Positions 41,199 through 56,200 of a DNA stretch of 64,000 nucleotides are shown one piece after another; the first letter of the stretch is position 1; the number at the start of each line of letters is the position of its first letter. The stretch comes from the human T2T-CHM13v2.0 reference genome, Homo sapiens: the NCBI RefSeq assembly GCF_009914755.1, contig NC_060942.1; one strand, written 5' to 3'. A model generated the notes under the pieces. That model was not told where the DNA came from. It did no database searches and saw only the letters and a program-made list of their open reading frames with translations. Both the position numbers and the translations under genes were made by a program.

Positions 41199-41349
41199 GG
41201 AGGGGAGCCGCTTAAGATCATAAAAAACTCAAGTAACAAGACTGTGTGTTTAAAATAGCATTTAAATTTCTCCAAATGGCAGACAGCTTAATTCAGATCA
41301 ATACCAATCAGGAGATAAACAAGTGTTTGTCTCCTGATTGGCATTTACC

Positions 41350-42720
41350 TGAGATTAAAACATCATGGTAAAATACATTATCTTCAGTGATCTTTGGTTT
41401 AGGTGAGCATTCACAAGGCACACAGTTATTATCACTTGAGCCATCTCTCTCTAATAACTCTTTTCTAATCTGCTGGCCAACAATATCAGGTTCTTTCAAA
41501 TCTCTGATTATTGGACCAAACAATAAGGTCCCCCACGTGAATTGGTAGAAATATTTTTTACAAAGGTAAATGAAATTTTATTTACTTGGTGGATTTCTCT
41601 TCTCCTTTGTACAAAGAGGTGACCCTTTGACAGCACAGGAAAAGAATATGATAGAAATAGACTTTCAGAAGGAAGGGCCTTCCATAACAAGGAATGCCAT
41701 CTGTAATCCAGACTTTTTCTCCTCAGGAATCCAGTCATAGGCAAATCTCTATGAATCACAGATAAATAGAAAGAAGGGTGGGAGTGTGTCAGGAGTAGGA
41801 TGCTGAAAATGTGAGTAGCCTGTTCATTAATTGGTCCCTTGGAAACTGAGAAGATTTGCTTGCGTGGCATACATGCAATTTCCATGGAATGATGGAAGAC
41901 TGGTTGTAGTTAGTATGATCCTATAATGCTCAGATCACAATGGGGTCACCCTTATTCATGATTGAGCATTCCTTCTTATTAGTATCGCAATGTGAAATTG
42001 TTTCTCAAAAAAGGAGGGGGCGGGTAATTTTTGTACAAAAGGCTTTTACTCCAAAATGAAGTGGCTTGTACTGTATTTCTCCTCTGGAGCCTTGCCGCTG
42101 GCTCCATAGGAAAATTCTGCCTCTCATAGATACCTGAGGCATTAGATTCCCTAAACAAAATTGTAGATCCACTTGTACTGCAGGCCTCTGTAGTCCAAAA
42201 CGTTTCTCTTTCTCTGAGTCCCATTCACAGCTGACATCCTTCTTGACATTTGCATTTTATTTAGAATACACATCCAAATATGTTTTATGTTGCCTCTAAC
42301 ATTCAAAAGAGCCTCTAACAGTCTTCCTTTCCCTATCCCTTCCTTCCATTTGAAAGATGTTTGCTCCATATCACTTTCTACTACATTCTTAGACTCCCTG
42401 AAGGTAGGAAACCCACATTTTTGTCATTTGCTCGATGTGTCTTTCCTGAAGTCTATGGTAGCTGCTATTTTTCTCTAGAGCATATCAACCGGATGCTGTC
42501 CATGTATTCCATAAGTTATGTCCGTTTGGCTAGTGACATGGCCAGGGTTCCTCAGTACAAAATTGTGACACAGACAAAAATAGTTATACTTCTACAGCTA
42601 AATAGTGAAGACACTCTGCCTGGAAAAAGTAAGAAATTTCAGGTATTTACCATTTATTTAAGGTACAGAAAAATAATTTGCCTAAATGTATAGTAGGAAA
42701 AGGAGATAAGTGTATTCACT
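41350..42720 (-). mobile_element. Degenerate ERVL-class pol remnant (RT to RNase H)
   Basis: Minus-strand translation gives LCHN (42562-42573), YMDSIRLI for YIDDIMLI (from 42506), FWSKSL..NY (ORF 41979-42224), YD..PEEK, WITDG, GEEKS and VNAH in ERVL Pol order. Confidence 0.75.
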
Positions 42721-42730
42721 AAAGCAAGGA

Positions 42731-42847
42731 GACTACATCTGGATTTAAAATGTGTGCCCTCAGATAGGATTCCAGTACACAGTGGCTGGATTCTGAGTGT
42801 TTGTCCCTCACACAGGATTACAGAACACTGCCACGAGGTTCTGAATG
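42731..42847 (+). repeat. CER (D22Z3-type) 48-bp satellite, ~2.3 units
   Basis: CCCTCAGATAGGATTCCAGTACAC and CCCTCACACAGGATTACAGAACAC start 48 bp apart (42757, 42805); TTCTGAGTGTTTGTCCCTCAC is the CER motif. Confidence 0.85.
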
Positions 42848-45800
42848 GAAAAGGAAATATCTTCACATAAAGACAAGAAAGAAGCATTCTGAGAACTTCT
42901 TTGTGATGTGTGCATTCACCTCACAGAGTTGAACTTTTCTTTTGATTTAGCACTTTTGAAATACTCTTTTTGTAGTGTCTGCAAGTGGATATTTGGAACG
43001 CTTTACAGCCTATGGTGGAAAAGTAAATATCTTCACATCAAAACCAGACAGAAGCATTCTGAGAAACTCCTCTGTGATCTGTGCATTCATCTCACAGAGT
43101 TGAATGTTTCTCTTGATTGAGCAGTTTTGAAACACTCTTTTTGTAGAATCAGCAAGTGGATATTTTGAGTGCTTTGGGGCCTATGGTGGAAAAGGAAATA
43201 TCTTCACATAAAAACTAGACAGAAGCATTCTGAGAAACTTCTTTGTGATGTGTGCATTCAACTCACAGAGTTGAAATATTCTTTTGATTGAGCAGTTTTG
43301 AAACACTCTTTTTGTAATATCTGCAAAGTTGGAGGGCTTTGGGACCTCTAGAGGAAAGGGAAATATCTTCCCTTAAAAACTAGACAGAAGCATTCTGAGA
43401 AACTTCTTTGTGATGTGTGCATTCATCTCACAGAGTTGAACATTTCTTTTGATTGAGCAGCTTTGAAACACTCTTTTTGTAGAATCTGCAAGTGGACATT
43501 GGGAGCGATTTGAGGCCTATGGAGGAAAAGGAAACATCTTCACATAAAAACTACACAAATGCCTTCTGAGAAACTTCTTTGTAATGTGTGCATTCATCTC
43601 ACAGAATAGAACTTTTATTTTGATCGAACAGTTTTGAAACACTTCTTTTGAAGGATCTGCATGTGGATATTTGGATCAGTTTGGGGCCTGTGGTGGAAAA
43701 GGAAATATCTTCAAATAAAAACTACACAGAAGCGTTCCGAGAAAGTTCTTTGTGATGTGTGCATTCAACTCACATAGTTGAAGATTTCTTTTGATTGAGC
43801 AGTTTTGAAACAATCTTTTTGTAGTATTTGCAAGTGGATATTTGGAGCGGTTTGAGGCCTATTGTAGAAAAGGAAATATCTTCACATAAATACTAGACAG
43901 AAGCATTCTGAGAAACTTCTTTGTGATGTGTGCATTCATCTCACAGAGTTGAAACTTTGATTGAGCAGTTTTGAAACACTCTTTTTGTAGAATCTGCAAG
44001 TGGATACTTGGAGTGCTTTGAGCCCAGTGGTGGAAAAGGAAGTATCTTCAATTAAAAACTAGACAGAAGCATTCTGAGAAACTTCTTTGTGATGTGTGCA
44101 TTCAACTCACAGAGTTTAAACTTTCTTTTGATTGAGGAGTTTGGAAAATCTCTTTTTGTAGAATCTGCAAGTGGATATTTGGAGCACTTTGTGGCCTATA
44201 GTGGAAAGGGAAATATCTTCACATAAAAACTAGACAGAAGCCTTCTGAGAAACTCCTTTGTGATGTGTGCATTCATGTCTCAGAGATGAACCTTTCTTTT
44301 GATTGAGCAGTTTTGAAACACTCTTTTTGTAGAATCTGCAAGTGGATATTTGGAGCGCTTTGTGGCCAATGGTGGTAAAAGGAAACATCTTCACATAAAA
44401 ACTAGACAGAAGCATTCTGAGAAACTTCTTTGTGATTTGTGCATTCAGCTCACAGAGTTGAAACTTTCTTTTGATTGAGCAGTTTGAAACACTCTTTTTG
44501 TACGATCTGCAAGTGGATAATTGGAACGCTTTAAGGTCTACAGTGGAGAAGGAAATATCTTCACATAAAAACTACACAGAAGCATTCTGAGAAACTTCTT
44601 TGTGATTTGTGCATTCAACACACAGAGTTGAACCTTTCTTTTGATTGAGCAGTTTGAAACTCTCGTTTTGTAAAATCTGCGAGTGGATATTTGGAGCGCC
44701 TTAAGGTCTATGGTGGAGAAGGAAATATCTTCACATAAAAACTGGACAGAAGCATTCTGAGAAACTGCTTTGTGATGTGTGCATTCATCTCACAGAATTG
44801 AAACTTTCTTTTGATTGAGCAGATTTGAAGCACACTTTTTGTGGAATGAACAAGTGGATATTTGGAGGGCTTCAAGACCTATGGTGGAAACGGAAATATC
44901 TTCACCTAAAAACAACACAGAAGCAGTCTGAGGAACTTCTTTCTGATGTGTACATTCATCTCACAAAGTTGAACATTTCTTTGGATTCAGCAGTTTTGAA
45001 AAACACTTTTTGTAGTATCTGCAAATGGATATTTGGAGTGCTTTGGGGCCTATGGTGGAAAGGGAAATATCTTCACCTAAAAACTACACAGAATCATTCT
45101 GAGAAACTTCTTTGTGATGTGTGCATTCATCTCACAGAGTTGAACCTTTCTTTTGATTGAGAAGTTTTGAAACATTCTTTTTGTGGAATCTGCAAGTGGA
45201 TATTTTTAACGCTTGGCAGCCTATGGTGGAAAAGGAAATATCTTCATATAAAAACTAGACAGAGGCATTTCGAGAAGCTCCTTTGTGATGTGTGCATTCA
45301 TCTCACAGTGTTGAACATTTCTTTTGATTTAGCTGCTTTCAAATATTCTTTTTGCAGAATCTGCAAGTGGATATTTGAAGCGCTTTGAGGCCTATGGTGG
45401 AAAAGGGTCTGCAAGTGGACATTTGGAGAGCTTTGAGACCTAAGGCGGAAAACAAAATATTTTCTTATTATAATTAGACAGAAGCATTCTGAGAAAGTTC
45501 TTTGTGATATGTGCATTCATCTCACAGAGTTGAAACTTTCTTATGATTGAGCAGTTTTGACACACTCTTTTTGTAGAATCTCCAAGTGGACATTTGGAGC
45601 GCTTTGCGGACTATGGTGGAAATGGAAATTTCTTCACATAAAAACTGTTCAGAAACATTCTGAGAAACTTCTTTGTGATGTGTCCATTCATCTGACAGAG
45701 TTGAGTCTTTCTTTTGATTGAGCAACTTGGAAACTCTCTTTTTGTAGAATCTGCTAGTGGACAATTGGAGTGCTTTGCAGCCTGTGGTGGAAAACGAAAT

Positions 45801-48800
45801 ATCTTCACGTAAAAACTAGAAAGAAGAATTCTGAGAAACTTCTTCGTGATGTATGCATTCATCTCACAGAGTTCAACATAACTTTCAATTGAACAGTTTT
45901 GAAACCCTCTTTTTATAGGAGCAGCAAGTGGACATTTGGAGGCCTTTGAGGCCTATGGTGGGAAAAAAATATCTTCTCATTATAACTAGACAAAAGCATT
46001 CTGAGAAACTTCTTTGTGATGTGTGCATTCATCACACAGAGTTGAACCTCTCCTTAGATTGAGCAGCTTTGAAACACTCTTTTTGTAGAATCTGTAAGTG
46101 GACATTTGGAGTACTTTGAGGGTGATGGTCAATAACGAAATATCTTCACTTAATAACTAGACAGAAGCATTCTGTGAAACTACTTTGTGATGTGTGCATT
46201 CATCTCATAGAGTTGAACATTTCTTTTGATTGAGCAGCTTTGAAACACTCTTTTTGTAGAACCTGCAAGTGGATATTTGGAGCGCTTTGAGACCTATGGT
46301 GGAAAAGGAAATATCTTCACATAAAAACTATACAGAAACATTCTGACAAATTTCTTTGCGATTGGTGTATTCATGTCACAGAATTGAACCTTCCTTTTAA
46401 TTGAGCAGTTTTGAAACACTCTTTTTGTAGAATCGGCAAATGGATATTTGGAGAGCTTTGAGGCCTATGGTGGAAAAGGAAATATCTTTACATAAAAACT
46501 AGACAGAAGCATTCTGAGAAACTTGTTCGTGATCTGTGCATTCGTCTCACAGAGTTGAACCTTTCTTTTGATTCAGAAGTTTGGAAACACTCTTTTTGTA
46601 GATTCTGCAAGTGAACATTTGGAGCTCTTTGAGGTCTATGATCGAAAAGGAAATATCTTCACACACAAAAAAAGACAGAAGCATTCGGTCAAACTACTTT
46701 GTGATATGTGCATTCATATCATGGAGTTGAACCTTACTTTTGATTCAGCATTTTTGAAACACCCTTTTTGTACTATCTGCAAGTGGACATTTGGAGTGCT
46801 TTGAGGCCTATGGTGGAAAAGGAAATATCTTCACATAAAAACTAGACAGAAACATTCTGACAACTTTCTTTGTAATGTGTGCATTCATCTCACAGAGCTG
46901 AACCTTTATTTTGATTGAGTAGTTTGGAAACTCTCTTTTTGTTGATCTGCAAGTGGACATTTGGAGTGCTTTGAGGCCTGTGGTGAAAAGGAAATATCTT
47001 CACATATAAACTAGACAGAAGCTTTCTGAGCAACTTCTTTGTGATGTATGGATTCATCTCACAGAGTTGAACATTTCTTTGTATTGAGCAGGTTTGAATC
47101 ACTCTTTTTTAGAATCTGCAAGTGGACATTTGGAGAGCTTTGTGGCCTATGGTGGAAAAGGAAATATCTTCCCATAAAAACTAGATATAATCATCCTGAG
47201 AAAATTCTTTGTGATGTATGTATTCATCACAGAGAGTTGAACCTTTGTTTTCATTGAGCAGTTTTGAAACACTCTTTTTGTAGAATCTGCAAGTGGACAT
47301 TTGGAGCGCTTTGAGGCCTATGGTGGAAAAGGAAACATCTTCACATAAGCACTAGACAGAAGCATTCTGAGAAACATCTTTGTGTTGTGTGCATTCATCT
47401 CACAGAGTTGAACACTTCTTTTGATTGAGCAGTTTGGAAACACTCTTTTTGTAGAATCTGTAAGGGGACATGTGGAGCTCTTTGAGGCCTGAGGTGGAAA
47501 AGGATATATCTTCACAAAAAAACTTGGTAGAAGCATTCTGACAAACCTATTTGCGATATGTGCATTCATCTCACAGAGTTGAACCTTACTTTTGATTCAG
47601 CAGTTCTGAAAAACCCTTTTGGTACTATCTGCAAATGGACATTTTGTGTGGTTTGAGGCCTACAGTGGAAACGGAAATATGTTCACATAAAAATTAGACA
47701 GAAGCATTCTGACAAATTACTTTGTGATGTATGCATTCGTCTCACAGAGTTGATCATTTCTTTTGAGTGAGTAGTTTGGAAGCTCTCCTTTTGTAGCATC
47801 TGCAAGTGGACATTTTGAGCGCTTTGAGGCCTATGGTGGAAAAGGAAATATCTTCACATAAATATTAGACAGAAGCATTCTGACAAATTCTTTGTGATGT
47901 GTGCATTCATCTCAGAGAGTTGAACCTTTCCTTCGATTGTGTAGTTTTCAAACACTCTTTCTGTAACATCTGCAAGTGGACATTTGGAACACTTTGAGGC
48001 CTATGGTGGAAAAGGAAATATCTTCATAGAGAAGCTAGACAGAAATATTCTGAGAAATTTCTTTGCGATGTGGGCATTCATCTCACAGAGTTGAACTTTC
48101 TTTTGATTGAGCAGTTTTGAAACACTCTTTTTGTAGAATCTGCAAGTGGATATTTGGAGCACTTTGCGGCATATGGTGGAAAAGGAAGTATCTTCACTTA
48201 AATACTAGACAAAAGAATTCTGACAAACTTCTTTGTGATGTGTGCATTCATCTCAGGGTATTGAACCTTACTTTTGATTGAGAAGTTTTGAAGCCCACTT
48301 TTTGTAGAATCTACAAGTTGATATTTGGAGCACTTTTAGGCCTACGGTGCAAAAGGAAATATCTTCACATAAGAACTAGACAGAAGCATCCTGAGAAACT
48401 TCTTTGTGATGTTTTCATTCAACCCACAGAGTTGAATCTTACTTTTGGCTGAGCAGTTTGGAAACACTCTTTTTGTAGAATCTGCAAGCGGACATTTTGT
48501 TCGCTTTGAGGCCTATGGTGGAAAAGGAAATATCTTCACTTAAGATCTAGACAGAAGCATTCTGAGAAACTTCTTTGGATGTGTGCAGTCATCTCACAGA
48601 GTTGAACATTTCAAAAGTTGAGCACCTTTGAAACATTATTTTTGTAGGATCTGCATGTGGACCTTTGGAGCGCCTTGAGGCCTATGGTAGGAAAGGAAAT
48701 ATCTTCACATAAAAACTATACAGAAACAAGCTGACAAACTTCTTTGTGTTGTTTGCATTCATCTCACAGGATTGAACGTTTCTTTCCATTGAGCAGTTTT

Positions 48801-51800
48801 GAAACACTGTTTTTGTACCATCTGCAAGTGGACATTTGGAGCACTTTGAGGCCTATGGTGGAAAAGGAAATATCTTCACTTAAGAACTAGACAGAACATT
48901 CTGAGAAACTTCTTTGTGATGTGTGCATTCATCTCACAGAGTTGAACCTTTCTTTTGATTGAGTAGTTTTGAAACACTCTTTTTGTAGAATCTGTAAGTG
49001 GACATTTGGAGCGCTTTGCAGCCAATTGTGGAAAAGGAAATATCTTCACATAACAAGACAGCAGCATTCTCAGAAACTTCTTTGTGATGTGTGCATTCAT
49101 CTCACAGAGTTGAAACTTTCTTTTGATTGAGCAGCTTTGAAACACTCTTTTGTAGAATCTGCAAGTGGACATTAGGAGCGTTTTGAGGCCTATGGCAGAA
49201 AAGGAAATATCTTCACATAAAAACTTGACAGAAGCATTGTCACAAACTTCTTTGGAATGCGTGCTTTCATGTCACAGAGTTGAACATTTCTTTTCATTAA
49301 TCTATTTTGAAACACTCTTTTGGTAGAATCTGCAAGTGGACATTTGGAATTCTTTGAGGCCTATGGTGGAAAAGGAAATATCTTCACAGAAAAACTACAC
49401 AGAAGTATTCTGGGAAATTTCTTTGGGATGTGTGCATGCATCTCACAGAGTTGAACTTTCTTTTGATTGAGCAGTTTGAAACACTATTTTTGTAGAATCT
49501 GCAAAGGGACATTTGGAGCACTTTGTGGCATATGGTGGTAAAGGAAATATCTTCACATAAAAACTAGACAGAAGCATGCTGACAAACTTCTTTGTGTTGT
49601 TTGCATTCATCTCACAGAATTGAACCTTTCTTTCCATTGAGCAGTTTTGAAACACTGTTTTTGTACAATCTGCAAGTGGACATTTGGAGCACTTTGAGCC
49701 CTATGGTGGAAAAGGAAATATCTTCACTTAAGAACTAGACAGAACATTGTGAGAAACTTCTTTGTGATGTCTGCATTCAACTCACAGAGTTGAACATTTC
49801 TTTTCAATGAGCAGTTTTGAAACACTCTTTTTGTAGAATCTACAAGTGGACACTTGGTGCGCTTTGAGGCCTATGGTGGAAAAGGAAATATCTTCTGATA
49901 AAACATGGACAGAAACATTCTGAGAAACTTCTTCGTGATGTGTATATTCATCTCAAAGATTTGAAGCTTTCTTTTGATTGAACAGTTTGGAAACACTCTT
50001 TTTGCACTATCTGCAAGTGGACATTTGGAGGGCTCTGAGGCCTCTGGTGGAAAAGGAAATATCTTCACTTAAGAACTGCAAAGAATCATTCTGAGAAAAT
50101 GCTTCGTGATGTGTGCATTCATCTGACAGAGTTGAACCTTACTGTTGATTGAGCAGATTTGAAACATCCTTTTTGTACTATCTACAAGTTGACATTTGGA
50201 GTGCGTTGATGCCTATGGTGTAAAAGTATATATCTTCACATAAAAACTAGACAGAAGGATTCTTAGAAATGTCTTTGTTATATGTGCATTCATCTCACAG
50301 AGTTGAAACTTTCTTTTGATTGACTAGTTTGGAAAATCTTTTTGAAGGATCTGCAAGTGGACATTTGGATCACTTTGAGGCCTATGGTGAAAAAGGAAAT
50401 ATCTTCACATAAGAAGTAGTCAAAAACATTCTGAGAAACTTCTTTGTGATGTGTGCATTCTTTTCACAGAGTTGAACCTTTCTTTTGATTGAGCAGCTTT
50501 GAAACACTCTTCTTGTAGAATATGCAAGTGGACATTTGGAGAGCTTTGCGGTGTACGGTGGAAAAGAAATATCTTCACATAAAAACTAGACTGAAGCATT
50601 CTGACAAACTTCTTTGTGATGCGTGCATTCATCTCGCAAAGATGAACTTTTCTTTTGATTGAGCAGCTTTGAAACACTTTTTTTGTAGAATCTGCAAGTG
50701 GACATTTGGAGCGCTTTGAGGAGTGTGATGGAAAATGAAATATCTTCATATAATAACTATGCAGAAGTATTGTGAGAAACTTCTTTGTGATGAGTGCATT
50801 CATCTCACAGAGTTGAAACTTTCTTTTGATTTTCTAGTTTGGAAACACTCTTTTTGTAGAATCTGCAAGTGGACATTTGGAGCGCATTGAGGCCAATGGC
50901 AGAGAAGGAAATATCTTCACATAAAAACTAGACAGAAGCATTCTGATAAACTTCTTTGTGATATGTGCATTCACCTCACAGTGTTGAACCTTACTTTTAA
51001 TTGAGCCGTTTTGAAACTCCCTTTTTGTACTATCTGCAAGTGGACATTTGGAGTGCTTTGAGGCCTATGGTGGAAATGGAGATATCTTCAAATAAAAACT
51101 AGAGAGAAGCATTCTGACAAACTACTTTGTGATGTGTGCATTCATCTCACAGAGATGAACCTTTCTTTTGATCGAGCAGCTTTGAAACACTTTTTTTGTA
51201 GAATCTGCAAGTGGACATTTGGAGCGCTTTGAGGAGTGTGATGGAAAACGAAATATCTTCATGTATTAACTACGCAGAAGTATTCTGAGAAACTTCTTTG
51301 TGACGAGTGCATTCATCACACAGAGTTGAAACTTTCTTTTGATTTTCTAGTTTGGAAACACTCTTTTTGTAGAATCTGCAAGTGGATATTTGGAGCGCTT
51401 TGTGGCCTATGGTAAAAAAGGAAATACCGTCACATAAAAACTAGACAGAAGCATTCTAACAAACTTCTTTGTGATATGTGCATTCATCTCACAGAGTTGA
51501 ACTTTACTTTTGATTGAGCTGTTTTGAAACACCCTTTTTGTACTTTCTGCAAGTGGACATTTGGAGTGCTTTGAGGCCTATGGTGGAAAAGGAAATATCT
51601 TCACATAAAAACTAGACCGAAGCATTCTGACAAATTTCTTTGTGATGTGTGCATTCATTTCACAGAGTTGAACCTTTCTTTTGATTGGTTAGTTTGCAAA
51701 ATCACTTTTTGTAGATTCTACAAGTGGACATTTGGAGTGCTTTGAGGCCTATGATGGAAAAGGTAATATCTTCACTTAATAACTAGACAGAAGCATTCTG

Positions 51801-52047
51801 AGAAACTTCTTCGTGATGTGTGCATTCACCTCACAGATTTGAAACTTTCTTTTGATTGAGCAGATTTGAAACAATCTTTTTGTCGAATCTGCAAGTGTAC
51901 ATTTGGAGCACTTTGCAGCCTCTGGTGGAAAAGGAAGTATCTTCACATAAAAACTAGACAGAAGCATTCTGACAAAATTCTTTGTGATGTGTGCATTCTT
52001 CTCAGAGAGTTGAACCTTACTTTCGATTTACCAGTTTTGAAACACCG

Positions 52048-53280
<1,233 letters not shown>

Positions 53281-56200
53281 TAGAATCTGCAAGTGGACAT
53301 TTAGAGGGCTTTGAGACATATTGTGGAAAAGGAAATATCTTTACATGATAGCTAGAGAGAAACATTCTGACAAACATCTTTGTGATGTGTGCATTCATCT
53401 CACAGAGTTGAACCTTTCTTTTGATTGAGCAGTTTGGAAACACTCTTTTTGTAGAATCTGCAAGTGGACATTTGGAGAACTTTGCGGCCTATAGTGGAAA
53501 AGGAAATATCTTCACATAAAAACTAGACCGAAGAATTCTGAGAAACTTCTTTGTGATGTGTGCATTCATCTCATAGTGTTGAGCATTTCTTCTGATTGAG
53601 CAGCTTTGAAACACTCTTTTTGTAGAATCTGCATGTGGACATTTGGAGCGCTTTGAGGCCTATAGTGGAAAAGGAAATATCTTCATATAAAAACTATACA
53701 GAAACATTCTGACAAACTTCTTAGTGATGTGTGCATTCATCTCATAGAGTTGAACCTTTCTGTTCATTGAGCAGTTTTGAAAAACTCTTTTTGTGGAATG
53801 TGCAATTGTACATTTGAAGCGATTTGAGGCCTATGGTTGAAAAGGAAATATGTTCACATAAAAACTAGACAGAAGCATTCTGACCAATTACTTTGTGATG
53901 TGTGCATTCATCTAACAGAGTTGAACATTTCTTTTGATTGAGTAGTTTGGAAATTCTCTTTTTGTAGAATCTGCAAGAGCACATTAGGAGTGCTTTGGGG
54001 CCTAAGGTGGAAAAGGTAATATCTTCACTTAAGAAGTAGACAGAAGCATTCTGAGTAACTTCCTTGTGATGTGTGCATTCATCTCACAGAGTTGAACCTT
54101 TCTTTTGATTGAGTAGTGTAGAAACTCTCTTTTTGTAGAACCTGCAAGTGGACATTTGGAGCGCATTGAGGCCTATGGTGGAAAAGGAAATATCTTCATT
54201 TAAGAAGTAGACGGAAGCATTCTGTGAAACTGCTTTGTGATGTGTGCATTCCTCTCACAGAGCTGAAACTTTATTTTAATTGAGCAGTTTTGAAAAACTC
54301 TTTTTCTAGAAATTGCAAGTGGACATTTGGAGTGCTTTGCAGCCGATGGTGGAAAAGGAAATATCTTCACATATAAACTAGACAAAAGCATTCTGACAAG
54401 CTTATTTGTGATGGGTGCATTCATCTCAAAGAGTTGAACCTTACTTTCGATTGAGCAGTTTTGAAACACTCTTTTTGTAGAATCTGCAAGTGGACATTTG
54501 GAGAGCTTTGAGGCCTGTGGTGGAAAAGGAAATATCTTCACACAAAACTAGACAGAAGCATTCTGAGAAACTTATATGTAATATATGCATTCATCTCACA
54601 GAGTTTCAACTTTCTTTTGATTGAGCAACTTTGAAACACTCTTTTTGTAGTATCTGCAAGTGGACATTTTTGGCGCTTTGAGGCAATGGTGGAAGAGAAA
54701 ATATCTTCACATAAATACTATACAGAAATATTCTGAAAAACTTCACCGGGATGTGTGGATTCATCTCACAGAGTTGAACCTTTCTTTTGATTGAGCAGTT
54801 TTGAAAGACTCTTTTTGTAGAATCTGAATTTGGACATTTGGTGCGCTTTGCGGCCTATGGTAGAAAAGGAAATATCTTCACATAAAAACTAGACAGAAGC
54901 ATTCTGACAAACTTCTTTGTGATTTGTGCATTCATGTCACAGAGTTGAACCTTTCTTTTGATTGAGCAGCTTTGAAACACTCTTTTTGTAGAATCTGCAT
55001 GTGGACATTTGGAGCTCTTTGAGGCCTGTGGTGGAAAACGAAATACCTTCACATAAAAACTATAACAGAAACATTCTGATAAACTTCGTTATGTGTGCAT
55101 TCTTCTCACAGATTTGAACCTTTCTTTTCATTGAGCAGTTTTGAAAAACTCTTTTTCTGGAATCTGCAAGTGTACATTTGAAGCGCTTTGAAGCCTATGG
55201 CTTAAAAGGAAATATGTTCACATAAAAACTAGACAGAATCATTCATAGAAAATCCTTTGTGTTGTGTGCATTCATCTCACCGGGTTGAACACTTCTTTTG
55301 ATTGAGCAGGTTTAAACACTCTTTTTGTAGAATCTGCGAGTGGACATTAGGAGCCCTTTGAGTCCTGTGGTGGAATAGGAAATATCTTCATTTAAGAACT
55401 AGACAGAAGCATTCTGAGAAACTTCTTTGTGATGTGTGCGTTCATCTCACAGAGTTGAAACTTTCTTTTCGTTGAGCAGTTTTGAAACAATCTTTTTGTA
55501 GAATCTGCAAGTAGACATTTGGAGCGCTTTGCGGCCTATGGTGGAAAAGGAAACATCTATACATGAAAACTAGACAGAAGCATTCTGACAAACTTCTTTG
55601 TGATGTGTGCTTTCATATCACAGAGTTGAACATTTCTTTTGCTTGAGCAATTTGGAAACACTCTTTTTATAGAACCCGCATGTGGACATTTGGAGCGCTT
55701 TGAGGCCTATGGTGGAAAAGGAAACATCTTCATATGAAAACTAGACAGAAGCATTCTGACAGACTTTTTTGTGATGTGAGAATTCATCTCACAGAGTTGA
55801 ACCCTACCTTCGATTGAGCTGTTTTGAAACACTCTTTTTGTAGGATTTGCAATTGGATATTTGGAGCGCTTTGAGGACTATGGTGGAAAAGGAAATATCT
55901 GCACATAAACACTAGACAGAATTATTCTGAGAATATTCTTTGTGATGCGTGCATTCATCTCACAGAGGTGAACCTTTCTTTTGATTGAGCAGTTTTGAAA
56001 CACTATTTTTGTGGGATCTGTAAGTGGACATTTGGAGCATTTTGACGCCTATGCTGGAAAAGGAAATATCTTCACATAAAAACTGGACAGAAGCATTCTG
56101 AGAAATTTCTTTGTGATGTGAGCATTCATCTCACAGAGTTGAAGCTTTCTTTTGATTGAGCAGCTTTGAAACACTCTTTTTGTAGAATCTACATGTGGAA

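Noticed and set aside
44878-44897. CENP-B-box-like GGAAACGG
   Set aside because: Lacks the essential TTCG and CGGG positions.
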